DNA of 60,481 bases, taken from positions 1 to 60,481 of the forward strand of contig NZ_SMNA01000017.1 of the NCBI RefSeq assembly GCF_004353825.1, given 5' to 3'. This document shows, piece after piece, positions 39,470-47,985 of the stretch. The notes under the pieces were generated by a model. That model had not been told where the DNA came from. It saw only the letters and a list, made by a program, of their open reading frames with translations, and did no database searches. How positions within the stretch are numbered: position 1 is the stretch's first letter; each line of letters begins with the position of its first letter. The DNA is from Occultella glacieicola. GTDB lineage: Bacteria > Actinomycetota > Actinomycetes > Actinomycetales > Beutenbergiaceae. The position numbers and the translations under genes were made by a program.

Positions 39470-40948
39470 GTGGCACTGACAACCGACCGTCCCTCTCGGA
39501 TCCGCTCGGGCCGCGGGGAGCTCCTCGCCAGCCTGATCTCGCGGATCGCGTCGCCGGTTCCCGCTGAGGAGGAGCCGACCTGGGCGGAGGCCTCCCGTCG
39601 GTACCGGGCGATCGCGATCGCGTCGGACGCGGTGATCGCCGTGGCCGTCACCTGGCCCGCCGCCGCGTTGATGTACCCGGGCGGCCTCGCGCTCGCCATC
39701 GGAGTCGTCGTGGCCGCGTTGTTCGTGACGACCGTCGCCCTGCACGACGGTTACGACACTCGTCGAGCCGCATCGGGCGCCGCCGAACTCACCGCCATCG
39801 CGCGCAGCGGATTGCTGCTGGCCGTCGGGGTGATGGCCCTGGTCTTCGTGAACGTGGACCTGCCCCGGGTGGCGGTGATCACCAGCCTCGTCCTGATGAC
39901 CGGCGGCGCTCTCGCGCTGCGACTCGGACAGCGCTCCGTGGTTCGGCACGCCCGCTCACGGGGCAGGATGTTGCGGCGCACCCTCCTCGTCGGTTCGCCG
40001 GAGCGGCTCGCACCGGTCCTCGCCGAACTCGCCCGCGAGCCTCGGCACGGCTTCGCGATCACCGGGATCTGCCCGCCCGCCGGCAGCGGTGCCGAGGACT
40101 CCGACGCGCCCGTGGTCGGCACCGTCGAGGAGGTGCCCGACCTCATCCGGAGCCTGCGGGTGGAGACCCTGGTGATCGCCGGGGACGGCATGAGCGTCGA
40201 GGAGCTGACGAGGTTCCGGCGTCGGATCGAAGGGCTCGACGTCGAGTTGCTGGTGGCCCCGAACGTGGCCCGGGCCGGCTCGACCAGAGTGTCGCTGCGG
40301 GGCCTGACGGACACCCCGGTGCTGAGCGTGACCACCGGCCCGGGCCGGCGGCACCACTGGGGCAAGGCGGTCCTCGATCGAGGGCTCGCCGCCGTCCTCC
40401 TGCTGCTCGCCATGCTGGTGCTCGTCCCTGCTGCGATCGCGGTCCGGCTGACCTCCCGGGGGGCCGCGCTGTTCCGGCAGACTCGCGTGGGTCTGAACGG
40501 CCGACCGTTCACGATGTACAAGTTGCGGTCGATGTACCCGGATGCGGAGGCGCGCCTGGCGGCCCTCGAGGGTCGCAGTGACGGCAACGGCACACTGTTC
40601 AAGATGCGTCGCGACCCCCGGACCACGCCGGTCGGCCGGTTCCTGCGCCGCTTCTCCATCGACGAACTCCCGCAGCTGTGGAACGTGCTTCGCGGTGACA
40701 TGTCCCTCGTCGGTCCCCGGCCGCCGCTGGTCAGCGAGGCCGCCGGATACGACGACGCGAGTCGCCAACGGCTGCAGGTCCGTCCCGGGCTCACCGGACT
40801 GTGGCAGGTGAGTGGCCGCTCGGACCTGTCCTGGGAGGAGTCCATCCGGCTCGACCTGCGCTATGTCGACAACTGGACCCTGACCATGGATCTGACGATC
40901 CTCTGGCGCACCGCACGCGCCGTCCTCGGAGGCCGCGGTGCCTATTGA
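39470..40948 (+). CDS. Polyprenyl-phosphate sugar phosphotransferase (priming glycosyltransferase, WcaJ/WbaP-like)
   Basis: N-terminal TMs, central cytoplasmic domain, C-terminal Bac_transf motifs FRQTRVG, KLRSM, DPR, IDELPQLWNVLRGDMSLVGPRP, PGLTGLWQVSGR. Confidence 0.93.
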   Translation: MALTTDRPSRIRSGRGELLASLISRIASPVPAEEEPTWAEASRRYRAIAIASDAVIAVAVTWPAAALMYPGGLALAIGVVVAALFVTTVALHDGYDTRRAASGAAELTAIARSGLLLAVGVMALVFVNVDLPRVAVITSLVLMTGGALALRLGQRSVVRHARSRGRMLRRTLLVGSPERLAPVLAELAREPRHGFAITGICPPAGSGAEDSDAPVVGTVEEVPDLIRSLRVETLVIAGDGMSVEELTRFRRRIEGLDVELLVAPNVARAGSTRVSLRGLTDTPVLSVTTGPGRRHHWGKAVLDRGLAAVLLLLAMLVLVPAAIAVRLTSRGAALFRQTRVGLNGRPFTMYKLRSMYPDAEARLAALEGRSDGNGTLFKMRRDPRTTPVGRFLRRFSIDELPQLWNVLRGDMSLVGPRPPLVSEAAGYDDASRQRLQVRPGLTGLWQVSGRSDLSWEESIRLDLRYVDNWTLTMDLTILWRTARAVLGGRGAY

Positions 40949-41044
40949 ACCAGCGGGTTGGTGCCGGGTGGAGGGGGTGCGCCCTCGTACCCCCGACGGG
41001 GGCGCATCCCCGCCTCCCGGCACCACGTCGCGCGTGGTGCGTCG

Positions 41045-41830
41045 ATGATCGCCGGACGGGCGCCCGTCGCGGCGACGATGGAGGCAGACGTCGACGACCT
41101 GCACCTCGCCCAGGTGCTGGCCGGTTCGACCGGCGACCTCCTCGAGGAGTTGCGCGCCGACTGTGCAGGGCTCGAGCCTTCCGAACTCGGCCGTCGCGCC
41201 CGGGCGCGGGCGGGCAGTTTCCTGGCGTCCCAACTGATCGCACGATGCCCGATGGACTCGGTGCTGTCCGGCGTGAACGCGGGCAGTTCGGACCCGCGGG
41301 CCAGACGCACGTGGTTGATCGGCGCACTGGACGGCGCCGAGGAGTTCGCGACCGGCCGCCGGGACTGGGGGGTCAGCGTCGCCCTCCGGTCCGGGGGCGT
41401 CGTGACGGCGGCCGCCGTGGCTCTCCCGGGGCTGGACATGCTGCTCAGCATCGATTCGAGGACCCCGCCGTATCCCGGTGAGGCGCAGCGGCGCCTGGTC
41501 GTCGAGCGGGGCGCCAGCGCGGCGCTGGTGGACGCGGTGGCCGTGGCGATCGGCGGTCGCGCTGTCCGGGCCGGGTCCGTCGCGTACCGCACCGCGGCCG
41601 TCGTGCGGGGTGAGGCGGACGCGCACCTGCACCTGGGCCGACTGCCGGTCTGGGACGTCGCGGCTCCGGTTGCCGTGGCACGCGCGGCCGGGCTCCACAC
41701 GAGCCTACTGAACGGCAGCGAGGTCCCACTCGACCGGCCCGACCACGTGGTGCCCGACCTGATCATCTGCCGCAGGGAACTGGCGCCGGAACTCCTCCGG
41801 ATCGTCAGCGCCATGCCGCTGACCGAATGA
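41045..41830 (+). CDS. Inositol monophosphatase/CysQ-superfamily protein with degenerate active site
   Basis: Fold motifs DSVLS, WLIGALDGA, DWGVSVAL, AAVALP, GS, WDVAAP, HTSLLNGS resemble actinobacterial CysQ; start may be 41045 or 41078. Confidence 0.8.
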   Translation: MIAGRAPVAATMEADVDDLHLAQVLAGSTGDLLEELRADCAGLEPSELGRRARARAGSFLASQLIARCPMDSVLSGVNAGSSDPRARRTWLIGALDGAEEFATGRRDWGVSVALRSGGVVTAAAVALPGLDMLLSIDSRTPPYPGEAQRRLVVERGASAALVDAVAVAIGGRAVRAGSVAYRTAAVVRGEADAHLHLGRLPVWDVAAPVAVARAAGLHTSLLNGSEVPLDRPDHVVPDLIICRRELAPELLRIVSAMPLTE

Positions 41831-42165
41831 CCGGGCCAGGGCCGGCTCCGCGAGCGGCGCAGCGAAGCCGGGTTCGCGGCGTGTCCTAGCCGGCCAGGAC
41901 CGGCGCGAGTGTGGTAACGAGCAGGTCTCGATCTAGATCATTCACTGACATGATCGCGACCTTCTCGTTATCCTCGGGTGGTCAACCCAGTGTGAGATCG
42001 TCTGCGAGCCGCGTTCGAGCCCGTAACGGTGTGTCAGGGGGGCCTCATCGTCGCTATGCCCGACTCGTTCGGTGGCTTGATCGCTCGGAACGCGCACAGT
42101 GGTGCGCGAAGGTCGTGCTGCCTGCGTGACACGCCGTGGAACCGGATGCCTGCCGGAGGGGCCCG

Positions 42166-44625
42166 GTGACGGCCGAGACCGCGTCGCTCCCTCCTGGCCT
42201 GCCGCGGATCCCACGTGACACCCAGATCAGCGAGCACGTGCTCAACACGCTTGCGGGCGAGCACCCGCTCACGGTCCTGCGTGGGCCGCGGGGGTACGGG
42301 AAGACCAGTGCCATCGTGACCTGGATGCGCAGCGCCGACCGCCCGCACGCGACCGTCTACGTCACCCTCAGCATCGCCAGCAACGAACTGGACGGATACT
42401 GGGCGGAGCTACGGTCGGGGCTCGAGCGAGCGGAACTCCTGGGCCCTGCGGCACCGGGTTCCGACCCGCATGCGGACGTGACCGTGCTGCTCGCGGAGCG
42501 GCGGGAGCCACTGGTCCTGATCATCGACGACTTCCACGAGGCCGGGCTCAAACACGGCGCCGCGACGATCGACGACGAGATGGTCGACCTCGTGCGGCAG
42601 AACGACCAGCTGTTCCTGGTGGTCGGTTCACGGACCCTGCGAGCACTCGAGACCACCGGTGCCCTGTCCGTCGAGGCCGCGATGATCGGTCCGGCCGACC
42701 TGCGGATGACCGGGCCGCAGGTGCACGACCTGGCGTCCCGGCTCGGGCTCACGATCACGATGGACCAGGCCCAGCAGATCGCCGTCGACCTGGGTGGTTG
42801 GCCCTCGGCGATCCGGGCCGGGCTGATGCGTGCCGTGTCCGGCTCCGACGGCATCGACGGGCCGCTGGTCGACGGGAGCCTCGTCGATGGTTACATCGCC
42901 ACGATGGTGCGCGACCTGCGGTTCGAGAACGTGCGTTCGTTCCTGCTGCGCACGGCGATCCCCGAGCAGTTCGACATCGAGATGGCCCGCGCGATCGCAC
43001 CCGAGGGCAACACCGTCCGGATCCTGCGGAACGTGCGGGCGGCCGGGCTGCTCAGTGAGCGGCACACCGTCGAGGGGCAGATGTACTCCTACGCCCCGGC
43101 GATCCGCAACGCACTGATCCGGGTCATGCGGGAGTCACGCCCCGAGCTGTTCCGGGAGGTGCATCTGGCGCTGATGCATCTCTCGGCTGCCAACCGGGAC
43201 CCCGGCGAGACGCTGACACATGCGGTGCACGCGGCCCAGTGGGCCACTGCGATGGACGTCATCGAACGGCAGTGGGCGCGCCTGCTCACGCACCAGCCGC
43301 TGACCCTGATCGCCGCGGCGCGGCGGTTCCCCGACGACATGGTCGCGCAGAACGCCCGGCTCCGGGTGGCCGTCGACTACGTCGAGGGCGCACTCGACCC
43401 ACACTCACCGGACACGAACATCTGGGCGGTCCCGGACTACAGCGCCATCAACGCCATCGTCGAGGAGAACCGGTCGGAGGCAGGGGATCCCGAGCGCGAC
43501 GAGAGCCTCGTGCTCCTGCAGTGGGGCATCTCCAGTCTGCTCGGCGGCAACCTGGACACGGCCATCTACGCCTTCGGCCGTGCCCGTGAGCGCGGACTGA
43601 TCTCGCCGGCGGACACCGGCGCGCTCCAGATGGGGACCGTCGGCCTCGCCCTGGTGCACGCCGTGAACGGCGAGCCGGACCTGGCCCTGCGCTGGCTGGA
43701 GGACTCCACCCTCCAGGACCGGATCCAGCACGCCCAGCCCGAGGATGCCCGGGACATCTCGCTGGTCGCGGCCAGCATCGCCCGGGCACTCGCCATGGCC
43801 GACGCAGCCCACCCCGGCGCCGACGAGGCGGTCGCCACGATGATCGAACCACGGCACCGGGACGAGCTCTGGGCACTGACCGTGTTCATCCGAGCCCACC
43901 ACGTGGTGCTCCACGGCACTCCGGACCGGATGTTCCGGCAGACCAACCACCTGCGCGCCGCGCTGCGCCACATCGCCCGCGGGAGCCTGGTCGAAGCGGT
44001 CCTCAGCTCGACCCTCGTGGAGTTGCTCCTGGTGGCCCAGATGCCGGGGGTGGCCCGTGAGGTCGCGGACCGCTACGACGGAAACCCGGTGGCCTGGGCC
44101 GCGATCGCGAAGGTGCATCTGACCGACCGGACGTTCGGGGAGGCGATCGCCTACGCGACGAAGTCGCTCGACTCCGGAGGGTCGCGGCGCGCGGCCATGG
44201 AGTGCCAGGTCATCCTGGCCAGCGCCCACCACGCGTTGGGCAACCTCACCGAGGCCAGGCGGGCGTTCGCCGACGCCGTACGGCTGGGGCAGGCGACCGG
44301 GCAGCGGCGACCGTTCTTCCTGATGCAGCGGTACGTCTTCGACACCCTCGCCGGCGACGACCCCCGGATCCACCAGCTCTGGCCGGGCGCCGAGGGTGCG
44401 CCGGTGCAGCCGCCAGCGCCGCTGGCGGACGAGATGCAGACGCTGACCATGCGGGAGGCGCAGGTGCTGCGGGCGCTCGAGGTCCACGCCGGGCCGGTGG
44501 GCATCGCCCACGACCTCGGACTGTCGGTGAACACCGTGAAGACACACCTGCGCACCATCTACAAGAAGTTCGGCGTCTCGAACCGGAACGAGGCGCTCGC
44601 CGTGGCGGAGCGCGGCCTGCACTGA
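42166..44625 (+). CDS. MalT-like STAND ATPase-LuxR transcriptional regulator (copy 1)
   Basis: Walker A GPRGYGKT, Walker B LIIDDFH, GWP motif, C-terminal LuxR HTH (LTMRE...SVNTVKTHLRTIYKKFGV); GGAGG RBS before GTG 42166. Confidence 0.92.
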   Translation: MTAETASLPPGLPRIPRDTQISEHVLNTLAGEHPLTVLRGPRGYGKTSAIVTWMRSADRPHATVYVTLSIASNELDGYWAELRSGLERAELLGPAAPGSDPHADVTVLLAERREPLVLIIDDFHEAGLKHGAATIDDEMVDLVRQNDQLFLVVGSRTLRALETTGALSVEAAMIGPADLRMTGPQVHDLASRLGLTITMDQAQQIAVDLGGWPSAIRAGLMRAVSGSDGIDGPLVDGSLVDGYIATMVRDLRFENVRSFLLRTAIPEQFDIEMARAIAPEGNTVRILRNVRAAGLLSERHTVEGQMYSYAPAIRNALIRVMRESRPELFREVHLALMHLSAANRDPGETLTHAVHAAQWATAMDVIERQWARLLTHQPLTLIAAARRFPDDMVAQNARLRVAVDYVEGALDPHSPDTNIWAVPDYSAINAIVEENRSEAGDPERDESLVLLQWGISSLLGGNLDTAIYAFGRARERGLISPADTGALQMGTVGLALVHAVNGEPDLALRWLEDSTLQDRIQHAQPEDARDISLVAASIARALAMADAAHPGADEAVATMIEPRHRDELWALTVFIRAHHVVLHGTPDRMFRQTNHLRAALRHIARGSLVEAVLSSTLVELLLVAQMPGVAREVADRYDGNPVAWAAIAKVHLTDRTFGEAIAYATKSLDSGGSRRAAMECQVILASAHHALGNLTEARRAFADAVRLGQATGQRRPFFLMQRYVFDTLAGDDPRIHQLWPGAEGAPVQPPAPLADEMQTLTMREAQVLRALEVHAGPVGIAHDLGLSVNTVKTHLRTIYKKFGVSNRNEALAVAERGLH

Positions 44626-44832
44626 GGCTGGGTTCCGTTCCGTCAGGAACGCGGCAGGAGGAGCCTGTCGAAGCCGCACGTAATGGCATCCAATGGCACG
44701 AAGTCCGGTCGCGACGTCGCCAGTTCGTCGTCGGAAGGCTGACGTACGGCCGCGGGGTCGACCATGATGGTGACTTGTTCGAGGTCACCAGCGCCCCCGA
44801 TGGGCGATCGGGTGACCGGGGAGGAGCGGACG

Positions 44833-47412
44833 ATGATCTCACCGGCCGGCCAGGGCGCAGGCGACGGCTTCGGCATGCCCCGGGTCCCGATCGGGTTCAT
44901 CGCCGCGCCCGAGGTGCGTCGCCAGCTGGGTTCGGTTCCGTCCCTGGTGGTCTTCCGCAGCCCCAGGGGCTGGGGGAAGACCAGCACGGCGTCGCACTGG
45001 CTGCGCCGACACGGCTCCGGGTACGACCGGATCTGGATCAACGTGCCCAGTCGCGACGTCGACCGGGAGGAGTTCTGGCGGATCGTGTATCGGCGCATCA
45101 GCGACGCCGGCCTGGGGGATCTGACGGGATCGGACACCTGGGACGACGTCCATGGCGCGATCTGGAAGCGGGGCCGGGACCTGATCATCGCGATCGACGG
45201 GCTGCACCACGTCACCGACCTCGGTGTCGACGAGGAGCTTCTCGCGCTCGTGAACGCGAACGAGTCGTTCCACCTGTTCGTGACGGCGCGCAGCGAGCGC
45301 CCGATCGAGACGCTCGCGAAGATCACCGCCGACGGCATGGTGTTCCGCGTGGCCCAGCTGACGCTCGGCACGGCGGAAGTGGCGGAGCTGGCCGAGGCGG
45401 TGGGCCTACCGGTCAGCCTCGCCGAGGCCCAACGGCTGCGGACCGAGCTCGGTGGGTGGCCCGCGCTCGTGCGGGCGGTCCTGGGTGACTCGAGCCGCGG
45501 CCCCGACGGTGAGCTACGGATCGACTGGTCCGCCGTCGAGAAGTACACACGCCTGGTCCTGAGTGACCCCGACGTGGCGGCGACCGCCGCGTTCGTGATG
45601 GCGATCGCCGTCCCACGGGAGTTCACCGAGGACATCGCCGCCCATGTCCTCGGGCGAGGCGTGGCAGACCTGGCGTTCGACTACCTGACCGGTTCGGGCC
45701 TGCTCACCAGGTCGGCCGCGCCCGGCCCGCCCGCCTTCCACTATTCGAGCGTGGTGCGCCATGCCATCCTGCGGGTGTACGCCGAGCGGGATCCCGAGGG
45801 CTACCAACGGGCCAACCGGGACATGGCCGCGTGGTACCGGGAGCGCGGCGTCGCCGATGCCGCGCTGGAACACGCGGTTCGCGCGGAGGACTGGCCCTCG
45901 ACCGCGTCGCTGATCGAGGCCTTCTGGGTCGAGCTCGTCTCGGGCCATCCCGACCAGGTGCGGGACGCGCTGGGACGACTGCCGGCGGCGCTGGTCCGGG
46001 GGAGCGCCCGGCTGCTGGTCGCGCGGGACTACATCCTCAACGTGGACACCTCCGAACGCTCGTTGTCGGCGCTCAGGGCGGGGCTGCTGGACGTCGACTC
46101 CGACCTCGGCCGCACGGGCGAGCTGAGACTGTCGCTGGGTCAGGTCCTGTCGCTGCGGTCCACGGGCCAGTACGAGGTGGCCCGGGAGATCGTCGAACGG
46201 CAACGGGTCGACCTGCTCACCGCGGAGGGGGACTGGACCGAGGACGTCCTCTCCGAGATGCCCGAACTGCTCCTTCAATGGAGCATCACCCGGCTGTTCG
46301 GTGCGGACACGGTGGGTGCCGCGTACGCGTTCCGGGAGGCCTACCGGTGGGCCGGCGAACGCGGGCTGACCCCGGCTAAGCGGGAGGCGGGCGCCGGCCT
46401 GGCGCTCTCATTGGCGGTACTCGGACACACCCTCGGCGCCCAGCGGTGGTTGGCGCGTGTCGAAGGCCTCGCCCGCTCCGACGACACCGAGCCGACCACC
46501 CTCGAGCACCTGAGCGTCCGGTTCGTGCAGGAGATCATCGACCTGGACTCCCTCCGGCTCGAGGTCGGACCGCAATGGTGCGATCCCAAGGTCCCGGTCG
46601 CGCTCGGCGACCTGAGGGCCATCGCGCTCCAGCTCCACGCGAGCCGGTCGATGCACGCGGGCAGCCGGTTCGACTCCATCGGCATGCTGGAGAGTTACCG
46701 GCAGCAGTTGCAGGAGCAGGGCCGGGGACCGGGTCTGGCCGACAACGTGGTGGTCACCGCGCTCGTGGACCTGCTGATCCAGACCGGCCAGTCCGACCGT
46801 GCCCGGGCGATGCTCGCCCACGCCGATCCGGCGAGCTCGTGGCAACGGCTGGCCCTCGCCCGTCATTCGCTGTACGCGGGGGAGTTCGAGGACGCGATCG
46901 CCTTCACGGACAACGCGGTCCCCCAGGCCGGCGTCCGGCCACGCACCGCCCTGCACCTGGCGCTGATCCGAGCCAGCGCGTCCCACCGCGCCGGACTCGC
47001 CGATCAGGCCGCCGATGCCCTGCACCTTGCGATCGCGGTCGCCGAGCAGAGCGGGCAGTTGCGGCCGTTCCTGATGGTGCCGCGGGCGGACCTGGAGGAG
47101 ATCGGTGCATCGATGCCCCAGGCCGCGGAGTTCCTCTACCGCCCGGAACTGGTGGACGCACCGGAGCTGTTCCCGGCCCCGCACGAGGCGATCCGGCTCA
47201 GCGAACGCGAGCTGAGGGTCCTCACGGAGATCGCCCCCGGCCTGTCGCTGAGCCACGCGGCCCGACGTCTGTACGTCTCGGAGAACACGATCAAGACCCA
47301 GATGCGCAACATCTACCGGAAGTTGGGCGTGCACACCCGCGAGGACGCCATCGACCGCGCGCGTGAACTCGGTCTGCTGGCACCCCTGGCGGACGTCGAC
47401 TCCGTCGACTGA
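44833..47412 (+). CDS. MalT-like STAND ATPase-LuxR transcriptional regulator (copy 2)
   Basis: Walker A SPRGWGKT, Walker B IAIDGLH, GWP motif, LuxR HTH (LSERE...SENTIKTQMRNIYRKLGV); GAGGAG RBS before ATG 44833. Confidence 0.92.
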   Translation: MISPAGQGAGDGFGMPRVPIGFIAAPEVRRQLGSVPSLVVFRSPRGWGKTSTASHWLRRHGSGYDRIWINVPSRDVDREEFWRIVYRRISDAGLGDLTGSDTWDDVHGAIWKRGRDLIIAIDGLHHVTDLGVDEELLALVNANESFHLFVTARSERPIETLAKITADGMVFRVAQLTLGTAEVAELAEAVGLPVSLAEAQRLRTELGGWPALVRAVLGDSSRGPDGELRIDWSAVEKYTRLVLSDPDVAATAAFVMAIAVPREFTEDIAAHVLGRGVADLAFDYLTGSGLLTRSAAPGPPAFHYSSVVRHAILRVYAERDPEGYQRANRDMAAWYRERGVADAALEHAVRAEDWPSTASLIEAFWVELVSGHPDQVRDALGRLPAALVRGSARLLVARDYILNVDTSERSLSALRAGLLDVDSDLGRTGELRLSLGQVLSLRSTGQYEVAREIVERQRVDLLTAEGDWTEDVLSEMPELLLQWSITRLFGADTVGAAYAFREAYRWAGERGLTPAKREAGAGLALSLAVLGHTLGAQRWLARVEGLARSDDTEPTTLEHLSVRFVQEIIDLDSLRLEVGPQWCDPKVPVALGDLRAIALQLHASRSMHAGSRFDSIGMLESYRQQLQEQGRGPGLADNVVVTALVDLLIQTGQSDRARAMLAHADPASSWQRLALARHSLYAGEFEDAIAFTDNAVPQAGVRPRTALHLALIRASASHRAGLADQAADALHLAIAVAEQSGQLRPFLMVPRADLEEIGASMPQAAEFLYRPELVDAPELFPAPHEAIRLSERELRVLTEIAPGLSLSHAARRLYVSENTIKTQMRNIYRKLGVHTREDAIDRARELGLLAPLADVDSVD

Positions 47413-47432
47413 GCCCGGCGCGGTCGACGAGG

Positions 47433-47495
47433 TCACCCTCCTCCCTCACCCGCACCACCCGTAGTCGCGGCTGCCGATTCACCAGCCGATCACCA
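47433..47495 (+). promoter_or_regulatory. TCACC[C/A] box array upstream of putative sRNA unit 1
   Basis: TCACCC 47433/47446, CCACCC 47455, TCACCA 47479/47490. Confidence 0.5.
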
Positions 47496-47539
47496 CGCGG
47501 GTGGCTACGCGGCCCGTCCGGATCTGGTGATCTTGTTCC

Positions 47540-47760
47540 GGTCCCGCCTCCGCGTCGAGTAGCCCATGACGCCGGTCGTGCCGGATCCAGACGACCGATC
47601 GCCGAGGCTGGGGGAGACACGTGAGCCACACAGCGGGATAGGACATGCGGTGGCCGATCGGCCACCGCCACAGACGCGGCCGCCGTTTCGCTCCCCCCGG
47701 GACGACGCCGCACCACACAGGGGCCTCGGTCGTCTCCCCCACGGCCGGGGCCTCTGTGCT
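47540..47760 (+). ncRNA. Putative 6C-like small RNA, unit 1 (two adjacent hairpins with CUCCCCC loops); 5' end uncertain
   Basis: Hairpins 47676-47711 and 47716-47758 (18-bp stem), both with CTCCCCC loops; 22-bp palindrome 47647-47668 upstream; G-U pairs form only on the + strand. Confidence 0.6.
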
Positions 47761-47778
47761 CCGTCCGGCCCTCGCGTC

Positions 47779-47830
47779 TCACCCCCTCCGGGTCAGGAGT
47801 CACCCCGGCACGATCACCACCCGTTCATCT
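47779..47830 (+). promoter_or_regulatory. TCACC[C/A] box array upstream of putative sRNA unit 2
   Basis: TCACCC 47779/47800, TCACCA 47814, TCATCT 47825. Confidence 0.45.
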
Positions 47831-47877
47831 GTCGGGGGCATTGGTCCGGGCCGGGGGATCTGGTCAGATTGATCATG

Positions 47878-47985
47878 TTCGGACCGGTACACCGGTCCGG
47901 GTTCCGCACCCGCGACTCCAAGCGCGGATCCGCGGTAACGAGCAGGGGCTCCGGTCGTTTCCCCCACGGCCGGGGCCCCTGCTTC
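47878..47985 (+). ncRNA. Putative 6C-like small RNA, unit 2 (paralog of unit 1); ends uncertain
   Basis: Hairpins 47880-47899, 47901-47939 (ACTCCAAG loop) and 47941-47983 (18-bp stem, TTCCCCC loop); the last is homologous to 47716-47758 with pairing-preserving changes. Confidence 0.55.

Noticed and set aside
47716..47983. Repeated hairpins as a CRISPR array
   Set aside because: Only two copies about 225 bp apart, no regular spacers, no cas genes
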